Positions 1-8,265 of a DNA stretch of 64,000 nucleotides are shown here, one piece after another; positions within the stretch are counted from its first letter, which is position 1, and the number at the start of each line of letters is the position of its first letter. The position numbers were made by a program, and so were the translations under genes. This DNA comes from Bacteroidia bacterium (GTDB taxonomy: Bacteria; Bacteroidota; Bacteroidia; SpSt-205). The notes under the pieces were generated by a model. The model saw only the letters and a list, made by a program, of their open reading frames with translations. It made no database searches and was not told the DNA's origin. The stretch is taken from positions 47,648 through 111,647 of the forward strand of contig JBCNVK010000005.1 in NCBI GenBank assembly GCA_039630245.1. The letters are read 5' to 3'.

Positions 1-2
1 AA

Positions 3-1655
3 GTGGGCACAGCTTACTTATGGGGGACCGTGATAACCTTAGATACAGCAGGTACTAATCAACCCGCCATGCAAGGGGATGCGGAGATAATCTACTCCCT
101 AAATAATGGCGCTACTTGGCAAGCTGGGGGCGTTGTGAGCGGCTTTCCGACCTCATTTGCCCTTCCAACCCTCAGCCCACCTACCTATACCGGGACCATA
201 CAGATAGCGCTGGTAGCGCGTATGCCCGATGGCTGCCCTAACGAGCCGCCCGATACCTCAAATGTGCCTCTCACCCTAGGCCTTACCGACCGACCGGGCA
301 ATCGGCCTTCTACCGCCCTTCCCCTTGTACTCAATTACAATTCTACTACAGGCTACTGGGAGGCGAGCGTGCAGGACAGTACGAGTGGGTTAGGTCTCTC
401 TAATGAATACGGCGAACCAAATGCTACAGGAGTATCTACTAACCCACGTGGCACGGGCGCGCGTGACCTTTTCTTCCGTCTTACGCTACCAGTTTGTTTA
501 GACTCCCTGCGGCTAAATACCTGCGATGGCGGCACGAACTTTGGCACCCGACTTAGCCTTATTAACCTTACGCTTCCTGACACTACTTCCGATGAGGACC
601 AGGGTAGTGCTTGTAGTGCGGCGGGGTTTGGTGACCCGCGCTTTACGGCTCACATCTTAGCTATTGGCCGGCTAGGCTCTCAGCGCATAAAGCCAATGCC
701 AGAGGATCCGCAAGCCCCCACGCGCGATACCCTTCCCTTGAGAGAAGGTGATGAACTGCTCATTATAGTGGAGGGTTTCAATGCCGCTTCGCAGGGACGC
801 TTCCGTCTCAGTGTAACAGGCTATCCGGCGCAGCCCTTTACAAGGCGACCGGATTTGGGAGCTGACCGGCTTGTGTGCGTCAGTGCTGGGACGCTCACCT
901 TAGATGCCGCAGTAGGAGGCGCCACTACCTACCGCTGGCTGGTGAATGGTCAGCCTGTCAGTGGTGTCAGCGGTTCTACCTATACGCTAAACTTAGCCGT
1001 AGGTAGCTACACCATAATAGCTCAGGCTATTCGGGAAAATCCCCAAACCCCAGTCTGTCGTAGCGATACCACGGCGGACACGGTAAGTATTACCGTTTCC
1101 CCACAGCCAAATGCTTCTATCTCCGTTGCTGGAAGGACGTATGCGAGTGGCGACACTTATACCCTCTCTGGCACGCCACCATCCGTTCAGGCTACCTTTG
1201 AAGCCACTAGCGCTACAGCAGGAAATGCCTATAACTGGGAGCTTTATAACCCTGGGGCTACGACCCCTTCCGCTACAGGCGATCAAGCCACCTTTACCCA
1301 TACTTTTACGCAGGAAGGCAGGCACACGCTTGTGCTGCGTTCAAGAAACGGCGCCTGTGAGGAACGGGATACCCTTTTCGTAGAGGTACTATTACGGCCG
1401 AGTGGGCTTCCTTATAGGGGAGGCGAATTCGTCCTTTTCCCCAATCCAGCTCGTACCACCTTACATCTGGTAGCGCCTCGCATGGGTACCTACTCCTTGG
1501 TCTTTTCCGACCTTGCTGGGAAGGCGGTAGCTCACTATCCCTTTGAGGGAAGAGAGGGCGACATCGCTCTATCGCTTCCCGCTGGGTTATATCTCCTTAC
1601 TATCAGCGAGGACTCGGCTCTACTTTGGCGCACTTACCTGCTGGTAGTAGAGTAA
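3..1655 (+). CDS. Secreted protein with a T9SS C-terminal sorting domain. The 5' end is partial and runs off the window. The body shows Ig-like/PKD-like repeats.
   Basis: Open frame from the window edge. The C-terminal ~80 aa (FVLFPNPARTTLHLV...LLTISEDSALLWRTYLLVVE) matches the Por/T9SS C-terminal-domain (CTD) pattern. There are no internal stops. Confidence 0.6.
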   Translation: MGTAYLWGTVITLDTAGTNQPAMQGDAEIIYSLNNGATWQAGGVVSGFPTSFALPTLSPPTYTGTIQIALVARMPDGCPNEPPDTSNVPLTLGLTDRPGNRPSTALPLVLNYNSTTGYWEASVQDSTSGLGLSNEYGEPNATGVSTNPRGTGARDLFFRLTLPVCLDSLRLNTCDGGTNFGTRLSLINLTLPDTTSDEDQGSACSAAGFGDPRFTAHILAIGRLGSQRIKPMPEDPQAPTRDTLPLREGDELLIIVEGFNAASQGRFRLSVTGYPAQPFTRRPDLGADRLVCVSAGTLTLDAAVGGATTYRWLVNGQPVSGVSGSTYTLNLAVGSYTIIAQAIRENPQTPVCRSDTTADTVSITVSPQPNASISVAGRTYASGDTYTLSGTPPSVQATFEATSATAGNAYNWELYNPGATTPSATGDQATFTHTFTQEGRHTLVLRSRNGACEERDTLFVEVLLRPSGLPYRGGEFVLFPNPARTTLHLVAPRMGTYSLVFSDLAGKAVAHYPFEGREGDIALSLPAGLYLLTISEDSALLWRTYLLVVE

Positions 1656-1668
1656 GAAGCGGAGGGCC

Positions 1669-2553
1669 TCAGAGGGGCACCCATAAGGCCATAATCGCCA
1701 GCGTGCCTAACCCTACCGATGCTAAGCCATTATGGGTGAAAAAGGCCCGATTGATGCGAGTCTTGTCGCGGCTCACCCAGTGCTGGTAAAACACAAACCC
1801 ACTAAAAATCCCCCACCCTGTCCAGTAGAGGGGGTGAGCCCCATAAAGGGAAAGCCCTGCCCAGGCTAGAAAGATCGTACTGACCCCGTGACTGATAAGG
1901 CTTATACGGCGAGCGGGAACTTCACCAAAGCGAGCGGGAATGCTATGCAGCCCCGCCGCCCTATCAAAATCTATGTCCTGGAGCGCATAGAGAATATCAA
2001 ACCCTGCTACCCAGAAGGCTACCGCTGCGCCTACACTCAAAATAAATAGAGAAAACCTGCCTGTTACGGCTAGATACGCCCCTACAGGGGCTAGGCCTAG
2101 GGCTAAGCCCAAAATATAATGGGAGAAATAAGTAAAGCGCTTTGTATAGGAGTAGCCCAGAAGTATAGAGAGGGCTAAAGGGGCTAAAGTGCCGCAGAGG
2201 GGGTTGAGCTGCCAAGCGGCAGCCACGAAGATGGCCGCTGATATCAGGGTAAGCCAGAGGGCTTCTTTAGGCTGAACTAGGCCACGCGGAATCTCGCGCT
2301 GGGCTGTGCGTGGATTCTGCGCGTCTAAGAAGTGATCTGCGTATCTATTGAACGCTAAAGCCGCCGTGCGTGCGCTTATAAGGGCTATCAAGACCCAGCC
2401 TAACTTAGGCAAAAGGGCTGAGCCCCCCATCTCCTTGACCCCTACGGCAAATCCCCATAAACCAAAAGGAAGGGCGAATACGGCATGTTCTAAAACTACT
2501 AGTCGGCTATATAGCTCTAAGCGTTTCCGAAGGCGCTGGAGGAAGGGGAAAAT
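1669..2553 (-). CDS. UbiA-family aromatic prenyltransferase, polytopic membrane protein. The start is uncertain: the first canonical ATG is at 2430, but a conserved first TM helix continues in frame up to the tRNA-Gly 3' end.
   Basis: Asp-rich UbiA motif NRYADHFLDAQNPRTAQREIPRG, plus multiple TM helices. The six-frame ORF runs through two tRNAs; GFESR is a tRNA T-arm translation, which makes that read-through an artifact. Confidence 0.6.
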   Translation of the reverse strand: MFPFLQRLRKRLELYSRLVVLEHAVFALPFGLWGFAVGVKEMGGSALLPKLGWVLIALISARTAALAFNRYADHFLDAQNPRTAQREIPRGLVQPKEALWLTLISAAIFVAAAWQLNPLCGTLAPLALSILLGYSYTKRFTYFSHYILGLALGLAPVGAYLAVTGRFSLFILSVGAAVAFWVAGFDILYALQDIDFDRAAGLHSIPARFGEVPARRISLISHGVSTIFLAWAGLSLYGAHPLYWTGWGIFSGFVFYQHWVSRDKTRINRAFFTHNGLASVGLGTLAIMALWVPL

Positions 2554-2554
2554 G

Positions 2555-2627
2555 AGCGGGAGACGGGATTCGAACCCGCGGCCCTCAGCTTGGAAGGCTG
2601 ATGCTCTACCGGCTGAGCTACTCCCGC
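2555..2627 (-). tRNA. tRNA-Gly (anticodon TCC)
   Basis: The reverse complement is GCGGGAGTAGCTCAGCCGGTAGAGCATCAGCCTTCCAAGCTGAGGGCCGCGGGTTCGAATCCCGTCTCCCGCT. This folds as a cloverleaf with anticodon loop CTTCCAA and a GGTTCGAATCC T-arm. Confidence 0.85.
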
Positions 2628-2628
2628 G

Positions 2629-2712
2629 TGGGGAGTGGAGGATTCGAACCTCCGTAGGCATGGCGCCACCTGATTTACAGTCAGGCCCGTTTGACCGCTC
2701 CGGCAACTCCCC
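2629..2712 (-). tRNA. tRNA-Tyr (anticodon GTA), type II with a long variable arm
   Basis: The reverse complement is GGGGAGTTGCCGGAGCGGTCAAACGGGCCTGACTGTAAATCAGGTGGCGCCATGCCTACGGAGGTTCGAATCCTCCACTCCCCA. The anticodon loop is CTGTAAA. It lies 1 nt from tRNA-Gly. Confidence 0.85.
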
Positions 2713-2721
2713 AGATGGAAT

Positions 2722-2729
2722 GCAAAGAT
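2722..2729 (-). promoter_or_regulatory. Bacteroidetes-type -7 promoter box (TATCTTTG on the minus strand), 9 nt upstream of the tRNA-Tyr 5' end
   Basis: Plus-strand caaagata at 2722-2729 is TATCTTTG on the minus strand, matching the consensus TAnnTTTG. It overlaps the T-run of the terminator of the upstream gene. Confidence 0.45.
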
Positions 2730-2765
2730 AAAAAAAATGGGGCGATGCGCGCAGCGCATCGCCCC
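2729..2765 (-). terminator. Rho-independent terminator for the T9SS cargo gene 2787-3725
   Basis: Perfect 12-bp stem GGGGCGATGCGC/GCGCATCGCCCC with a 3-nt loop, followed on the minus strand by an 8-T run. Confidence 0.7.
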
Positions 2766-2786
2766 GTAAGAAGAGGTCGGATCACT

Positions 2787-3725
2787 TTACTCCACCACCA
2801 CGAGCCGGTCAGCTACACGGCCATACTCGGTCTCTAAGAGGATAGTATAAATCCCCTTAGGTAGACGGAGCGAATAGCGGTGCTCGCCAGCGGCATACAA
2901 GCCCTCGTGGAGGTAAGCTTCACGGCCGTCCATGGTGAAGGCGCGCAGGCTCACGCGGGTAGGCGAGATGAGGATGAACCGAAGCTCCGTCTCACCCCAA
3001 GCCGGATTAGGGGATAAACGCATCTGTACAGAGTGGTTTCCTATATAGCCTGTATAGGTCGGAAGATTGCGGGTGATTTTCACTACGTACCGAAACACGG
3101 TATCTCCATAGGTGCGGTTACCACCCGCATCAGGAGTGTGAAGGGTAGTGGTGTCCTTATTATTCCCATCGCCTGCGAGGGTAGGTATGAAGAATCGTAC
3201 GCGCACGCGCAGGGTGTCAGAGCCTTCTTGATTGGCCGCCTTGATGCAGAGACGGGCGCAACCGAAAGGGGGTGAGCCACCCGCTGTACCCCCAGCACCC
3301 CATTCCGTAGGCGAGGGATTGCGATATACTACAAATCTTGCCGTGTTAGGATTGTTCGGCTCATAGGCCTTGAGGCGGTGCGGTTGGTCAAAGTGGATGG
3401 GGCCAGCCTCAGGGTTATTACTGTTGTAAGCAAAGGGGTTACCGCTGCGGTCCGTCACCCGGTTGGAGTCTAGGCGCATACTATCTACCCAGATGGCATA
3501 ATTAGGAAACACAGTGAAGAGCCCCCTTCTTACAGAGTCTGGAAAGGTGAAATGTACTACGAGCGTAGTGTCGGAACCAGGGCGAAGCCGCAGGGTGTCC
3601 GGATTGAAGCCGAACGGCAACCTAATCAAATTTCGATCAGGCGTGCACTGGGCGCACGTATTTTGGCTGTAAGCCTGAGCCCCTAAAAGGGCCACCGAAA
3701 ATAGAGTAACGCTAGCGTAACGCAT
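2787..3725 (-). CDS. Secreted protein with an N-terminal signal peptide and a T9SS C-terminal sorting domain
   Basis: Signal peptide MRYASVTLFSVALLGAQAYSQ. C-terminal LSPNPAWGETELRF...GIYTILLETEYGRVADRLVVVE is a T9SS CTD. The start is placed at the internal ATG (3725) because TATATTTG lies 7 nt upstream on the minus strand. Confidence 0.6.
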   Translation of the reverse strand: MRYASVTLFSVALLGAQAYSQNTCAQCTPDRNLIRLPFGFNPDTLRLRPGSDTTLVVHFTFPDSVRRGLFTVFPNYAIWVDSMRLDSNRVTDRSGNPFAYNSNNPEAGPIHFDQPHRLKAYEPNNPNTARFVVYRNPSPTEWGAGGTAGGSPPFGCARLCIKAANQEGSDTLRVRVRFFIPTLAGDGNNKDTTTLHTPDAGGNRTYGDTVFRYVVKITRNLPTYTGYIGNHSVQMRLSPNPAWGETELRFILISPTRVSLRAFTMDGREAYLHEGLYAAGEHRYSLRLPKGIYTILLETEYGRVADRLVVVE

Positions 3726-3732
3726 ACCGCTC

Positions 3733-3740
3733 CAAATATA
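3733..3740 (-). promoter_or_regulatory. -7 box TATATTTG on the minus strand, 7 nt upstream of the ATG of gene 2787-3725
   Basis: Matches TAnnTTTG; it sits in a divergent AT-rich intergenic region. Confidence 0.4.
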
Positions 3741-3766
3741 CGGCTTTTTCCAAAAATCCAAATTCC

Positions 3767-3774
3767 TACCTTTG
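3767..3774 (+). promoter_or_regulatory. -7 box TACCTTTG, 4 nt upstream of the GTG start of the OlsF-like gene
   Basis: Matches TAnnTTTG. It is one half of a divergent promoter pair with 3733-3740. Confidence 0.4.
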
Positions 3775-3778
3775 GCTG

Positions 3779-5611
3779 GTGAGCCGCTATCGCCGCCCGC
3801 TCGTGGAGCTAGATAAGCTGCTAGCCACGCCTTGGCAGCGGGTCATCTATCGCCTCTTGGGACCGTGGATAGAAAAGGCTTTAGGCATAGAACGGCTCAA
3901 TCGTTTCTACGAACTCTGCGAAACCTCGGGCAAATCCCCCGCAGAGTTTGCCGATCGGGTACTGGAGCTTATAGGCGTCCAATACGTCTTGCCCTCTGAA
4001 GCTGAATTGGAAGCCCTGCGGGCCTACCAAGGCCCTCTGGTGGTAGTATGCAATCATCCCTTTGGCGGCATAGAAGCCATTTTTCTCGTGCGTTTTCTCA
4101 GTGAAATCCGGCCAGATTTTCGGATCATCGCAAATTTCTTCTTGGAGCGGGTGGAGGAGGTGCGGGAAATGCTTTTGCTGGTAGATCCCTTTGGGGGCGA
4201 AGGGGCCCAGCAGTTCAATCGCCAGCCCTTGCGTCAAGCCTTAGCCTACCTCAAAGGGGGCAATCTTTTAGGAATTTTTCCCTCAGGAGAGGTGGCCAGC
4301 TGGAACTGGCGCACGGGACGAGTGAGGGAGCCCGAATGGCATCCATTGGTAGGGCGCCTCATTTGGCAAAGCCAAGCCGCTGTCCTGCCACTCTATTTTC
4401 ACGGTACGAATAGCCTATTTTTTCATTTAGCCGGGCTTATCCATGCGCGTTTTAGGACGGGACTCCTTATCCGCGAGTTTGTATCGCCTTCTGCGCGCAA
4501 GGTGCATTATCGGATGGGCCGCCTACACCTATTTGAACGCCTGCGCGAGCTGGGATCCCCGGAGCGCATTACCAGCTATTTGCGGGCTAAAACCTACTTA
4601 GTGGGCGAAGCCGTAGAAAACCGCTGGCGTCGCTTGCGGCTTTATCGCTGGCGCCAGCGCTTCCTGCCTACCTATCCCCCTCAACCCATCAAACCTCCCC
4701 TAGGACCTGAGGTTGTGGACCGATTGCTGCGTAGCTTGCCAACTTCCCAAAAGCTTCTAGAACAAGGGGAATGGGCCGTATATTACTTTCGCGGCAGTCA
4801 GCAGCCTGAGCTCCTTTATGAATTGGGACGGCTGCGGGAAACTACCTTCCGCGCCGCAGGAGAGGGTACAGGTAAAGCCTTAGACACGGATGCCTACGAT
4901 ACGTGGTATGACCACCTTGTGCTCTACCACACCAGCGAAAAGGAAATCGTGGGTGCCTATCGGATTGGTCGTTGCGACGAGATTCTTCAGACTCGCGGCC
5001 TGCGCGGCCTTTACCTTTACTCCCTCTTTCACCTGCGGCGCGCGCTTTTCCGTGAGGTTCAGCCAGCGTTAGAGTTGGGCCGCGCTTTTATCACAGAGAA
5101 GTACCAGCGCACCTATGCGCCGCTCTATCTATTGTGGCGGGGGATTGGCCAGTATATCCTCCAAAACCCGCGCTACCGCTTCCTCATAGGGCCTGTGAGC
5201 CTGAGTAGGCATTTTTCGGACCTGTCTAAGGCTTTTCTAGTGGCCTTTCTGGAGGACCATTATAAGGCTGAAGCCCTAATGGCAGAGGTTCGGCCGCGCA
5301 ACCCCTATGTCGTTTCTCCTGACCATCGGAATTACTACTATACAGTAGCGGTTCAGAGCCTCCGAGATGTGGAAGACCTCATAGAGGAATTAGAAGGTAG
5401 TCCCATTCGGCTGCCTGCGCTAATCCGGCACTATTTGCGCATGGGCGCGCGCATTTTGGCCTTCAATATAGACCGCTCCTTTAGCGACGCCTTAGATATA
5501 CTTATGCTTACAGACCTTCTGGAAGTAGAGCCAGAACTTATGCGTAAGTACATGGGTGAGGAGGGGTACGAGCAATACAAGGCGTTTCATAAGCGAGAAG
5601 CTATCGTCTGA
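3779..5611 (+). CDS. Bifunctional aminolipid acyltransferase, OlsF-like. It has an N-terminal PlsC/LPLAT O-acyltransferase domain and a C-terminal OlsB-type hemolysin-like N-acyltransferase domain.
   Basis: The N-terminal half carries VVVCNHPFGGIEA and IFPSGEVAS, which are acyltransferase motif-like. The C-terminal half resembles OlsB/GNAT-type N-acyltransferases. At 610 aa the size matches OlsF. Confidence 0.5.
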   Translation: MSRYRRPLVELDKLLATPWQRVIYRLLGPWIEKALGIERLNRFYELCETSGKSPAEFADRVLELIGVQYVLPSEAELEALRAYQGPLVVVCNHPFGGIEAIFLVRFLSEIRPDFRIIANFFLERVEEVREMLLLVDPFGGEGAQQFNRQPLRQALAYLKGGNLLGIFPSGEVASWNWRTGRVREPEWHPLVGRLIWQSQAAVLPLYFHGTNSLFFHLAGLIHARFRTGLLIREFVSPSARKVHYRMGRLHLFERLRELGSPERITSYLRAKTYLVGEAVENRWRRLRLYRWRQRFLPTYPPQPIKPPLGPEVVDRLLRSLPTSQKLLEQGEWAVYYFRGSQQPELLYELGRLRETTFRAAGEGTGKALDTDAYDTWYDHLVLYHTSEKEIVGAYRIGRCDEILQTRGLRGLYLYSLFHLRRALFREVQPALELGRAFITEKYQRTYAPLYLLWRGIGQYILQNPRYRFLIGPVSLSRHFSDLSKAFLVAFLEDHYKAEALMAEVRPRNPYVVSPDHRNYYYTVAVQSLRDVEDLIEELEGSPIRLPALIRHYLRMGARILAFNIDRSFSDALDILMLTDLLEVEPELMRKYMGEEGYEQYKAFHKREAIV

Positions 5612-5618
5612 GAGCTCC

Positions 5619-5626
5619 TAATTTTG
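5619..5626 (+). promoter_or_regulatory. -7 box TAATTTTG, 4 nt upstream of the ATG of the enoyl-CoA hydratase gene (internal promoter in the cluster)
   Basis: Matches TAnnTTTG, in the 19-nt gap after the olsF-like stop. Confidence 0.4.
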
Positions 5627-5630
5627 CGGT

Positions 5631-6407
5631 ATGTATGAGACCCTTTTGTATGAGGTGCGGGAGGCGGTAGCCTACCTCACCCTCAATCGGCCCGACCGCT
5701 ACAATGCCTTTAACGAGAAAATGAGTGCGGAATTTCTGGAGGCGCTTAGAAAAGTAAGCAAAGACAAGGCCGTGCGCGTGTTGGTAGTAACAGGAGCGGG
5801 CAAGGCCTTCTGCTCGGGTCAAGACCTCAAAGAAGTAGCTGGGGTGGAGCGGTCGCTGGGGGATTCGGTAGCGCGTCGCTACAATCCCATGGTACGAGCC
5901 CTTCATGAGCTAGAAAAACCCGTAATAGCGAGCGTCAATGGGGTGGCTGCGGGTGCTGGCGTAGGCTTAGCCCTTGCCTGCGATTATGTAATAGCCGCCA
6001 AGTCGGCTACTTTCGTACTGGCCTTCGTGAATGTAGGCCTTTCGCTAGATACGGCTACCTCCTTTCACTTAGTGCGTACGGTAGGCCTCAAGCGGGCGTT
6101 TGCTTTGGCCACCTTAGGAGAGCCGCTGGGTGCAGAGCAGGCAGTACAATGGGGCCTTATCAACGAAGTAGTAGAAGAGGCTAAACTGGCTGAAGCTACT
6201 CACGCGCTGGCACTCAAACTGGCGGCGAAAGCACCCCGAGCCTTAGCCCTTATCAAAAAACTTCTTCTGCGCGCCGTTGAGCGCAGCTACGAAGAGGCGC
6301 TTCAGTACGAGCTCTACTATCAAGAAATCGCCGGACGGACGCAGGATTACAAAGAGGGCGTTCAGGCCTTCGTGGAGAAGCGGAAGCCGGTATTCCGAGG
6401 CGAATGA
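5631..6407 (+). CDS. Enoyl-CoA hydratase/isomerase (crotonase superfamily)
   Basis: N-terminal LTLNRPDRYNAFN, and the oxyanion-hole region GAGKAFCSGQDL. 258 aa. Confidence 0.8.
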   Translation: MYETLLYEVREAVAYLTLNRPDRYNAFNEKMSAEFLEALRKVSKDKAVRVLVVTGAGKAFCSGQDLKEVAGVERSLGDSVARRYNPMVRALHELEKPVIASVNGVAAGAGVGLALACDYVIAAKSATFVLAFVNVGLSLDTATSFHLVRTVGLKRAFALATLGEPLGAEQAVQWGLINEVVEEAKLAEATHALALKLAAKAPRALALIKKLLLRAVERSYEEALQYELYYQEIAGRTQDYKEGVQAFVEKRKPVFRGE

Positions 6408-7216
6408 CGGCGCCAGCCGACTGGCGGGAGTGGTTTTCGGGCGCAGCGGGTCGGCGCGCCTGCATCGTCGCCGGCCCATGCGTCGTAGAGTCCTATGCGA
6501 TCTGTGCGCAGGTGGCCGAGCGGCTCCGACAAGCCTGCGAGGCGGAAAACTTCTTCTATATCTTCAAGGCCTCTTACCGTAAGGCTAATCGTACGCGCCT
6601 CTCGGCCTTTCAGGGAATTGGGGATGCGGCAGCTCTGGAAATCCTCGGCCAGGTACGCCACGACTTTGGCCTACCTGTCTTGACCGATGTCCATGAAACG
6701 AGCGAAGTTCCAGCCGCAGCCGCCGTAGCGGATGTGCTCCAAATCCCCGCTTTTTTAGCCCGCCAGACAGCCCTCTTATTAGCCGCAGGCCGTACGGGTA
6801 AAGTGGTGAATATAAAAAAGGGCCAATTTATGAGTGCCCAAGCCCTTCTCTTTGCAGCGGAAAAAGTAAGCTCCACGGGCAATAGACGTATATTTCTCAC
6901 GGAGCGGGGAAATTTTTTTGGCTATGAAGACTTAGTGGTGGATTTTCGGAATATTCCGCGGCTGCGGGCGGGTGGGTATCCGGTGCTTATGGATGCGACG
7001 CATGCCGTCCAGCGCCCTAATTCCGCTGCGGGCTATACCAAGGGGGCCCGCGAATACGTGGCCCTTTACGCGCGGCTGGGCGTAGTAGCGGGTGCCGATG
7101 GGGTCTTTATGGAGGTCCATCCTAACCCAGCAGCTTCACCCAGCGATGCCGAGACCATGCTTTCGCTGGAAGAGGCGGAAGCCCTCTTGAGAGAGCTTAG
7201 TCGGCTTTACCCCTGA
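6404..7216 (+). CDS. kdsA: 3-deoxy-8-phosphooctulonate (KDO-8-P) synthase
   Basis: Strong similarity to KdsA blocks: FKASYRKANRT, VLQIPAFLARQTALL, DATHAVQ. Its start overlaps the upstream stop by 4 nt. Confidence 0.8.
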   Translation: MTAPADWREWFSGAAGRRACIVAGPCVVESYAICAQVAERLRQACEAENFFYIFKASYRKANRTRLSAFQGIGDAAALEILGQVRHDFGLPVLTDVHETSEVPAAAAVADVLQIPAFLARQTALLLAAGRTGKVVNIKKGQFMSAQALLFAAEKVSSTGNRRIFLTERGNFFGYEDLVVDFRNIPRLRAGGYPVLMDATHAVQRPNSAAGYTKGAREYVALYARLGVVAGADGVFMEVHPNPAASPSDAETMLSLEEAEALLRELSRLYP

Positions 7217-8265
7217 TGGAGGGGAAGTTCTGCCTAAGGGCTTTCTGGAGCCTCCCGGAAGCGGAGAACTTAGCCCAGGCGGCGCGGAACTGGAAAGTGC
7301 TGGATAATCGGCCAGTTTATGCGCTGCCTAGAGGCGGCACAACCTGGGAGCTGCTCTCTGCCTTGGCAGACCGCCACGCGGAGGAGATAAAAGCGCTTGC
7401 ACCGCAGGCCGTAGTTATTGGCTCGGCGCGAGGGGAAATGACTATGCTTTTCCAGGCCTACGACGCTTGGCGCTCTACCAAAGCCCTAACGCCTACCCTT
7501 TCTCCTGAAACTTCCTTGGGTACGCTGGCGAGCCGCTTAGCCCGTCGCTTGGGCATTCAAGGGCCAGCATGGACAGTAAGCCAAACCTGCCTTAGCGGCC
7601 TCGTAGCCTTATACCAAGCAGCCCTTCTGATTAGAGCAGGCGCGGCCCAGCGGGTACTTTTTGGGGCGGTAGAAGCTCCTCTCCACCCCTTCTTCGTAGA
7701 AGCTATGGCGGCTTTGCGGATTTATAGCCGTCAGAACGATTTTCCTTTTGTGCGGCCGCTAAGTGGGGAGAATACCTTTGCTTTAGGGGAGGCGGTGGCG
7801 TTAGGTGTTCTGACGGAAGGGACAGACGGCCCTTTTAGAGTAGAAGCCATTCACTTGACTACGGCCGCGCCGAGGGAAGGCCTAGCCTTTCCCGCTGTGG
7901 ATGCGGAAGCTTTAGCGGCTTTCTTGAGGGAGTTTAGTGCCCCGCCCGACATGGTTTTTCTGCATGCCCCTGGGACGCGGCAGGGCGATGCGGCCGAATG
8001 GCAGGCCATTCGCTTAGCTTGGGGTGATGTACCCGCCTGCGCGCCCAAAGCCTTCTTCGGGCACAGCTTGGGGGCCTCCCCGCTGGTGAGCTTAGGCTTA
8101 GCTTGCGCTTTTCTCCGTCAGCGGCGTTGGGTCACAAGCCTTCCTTCTTCTAAAAGCCCTGCGCAGTGGCAGCGAGCCGTAGTCTTGGCTTTAGGCTATG
8201 GCGGGGTAATGGGTGCCATAGAGCTTAGCTATGCGCCTTCAGGAACGGATTCGGCGCACGCTTGA
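7216..8265 (+). CDS. Beta-ketoacyl-ACP synthase I/II-like condensing enzyme. It is internally shortened in the N-terminal half (349 aa against about 410 for FabF) but retains the Cys-His-His triad.
   Basis: TVSQTCLSGL (active-site Cys), LHAPGTRQGD (His) and FFGHSLGASPLVS (His) align to the FabF/FabB catalytic motifs. TGATG couples its start to the kdsA stop. Confidence 0.6.
   Translation: MEGKFCLRAFWSLPEAENLAQAARNWKVLDNRPVYALPRGGTTWELLSALADRHAEEIKALAPQAVVIGSARGEMTMLFQAYDAWRSTKALTPTLSPETSLGTLASRLARRLGIQGPAWTVSQTCLSGLVALYQAALLIRAGAAQRVLFGAVEAPLHPFFVEAMAALRIYSRQNDFPFVRPLSGENTFALGEAVALGVLTEGTDGPFRVEAIHLTTAAPREGLAFPAVDAEALAAFLREFSAPPDMVFLHAPGTRQGDAAEWQAIRLAWGDVPACAPKAFFGHSLGASPLVSLGLACAFLRQRRWVTSLPSSKSPAQWQRAVVLALGYGGVMGAIELSYAPSGTDSAHA

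Noticed and set aside
2348-2759. Six-frame ORFs 2348-2731 (+) and 2517-2759 (-), plus the N-terminal 50 codons of ORF 1669-2706
   Set aside because: They are translations of the tRNA-Gly and tRNA-Tyr genes (GFESR and similar T-arm peptides). They are not coding.
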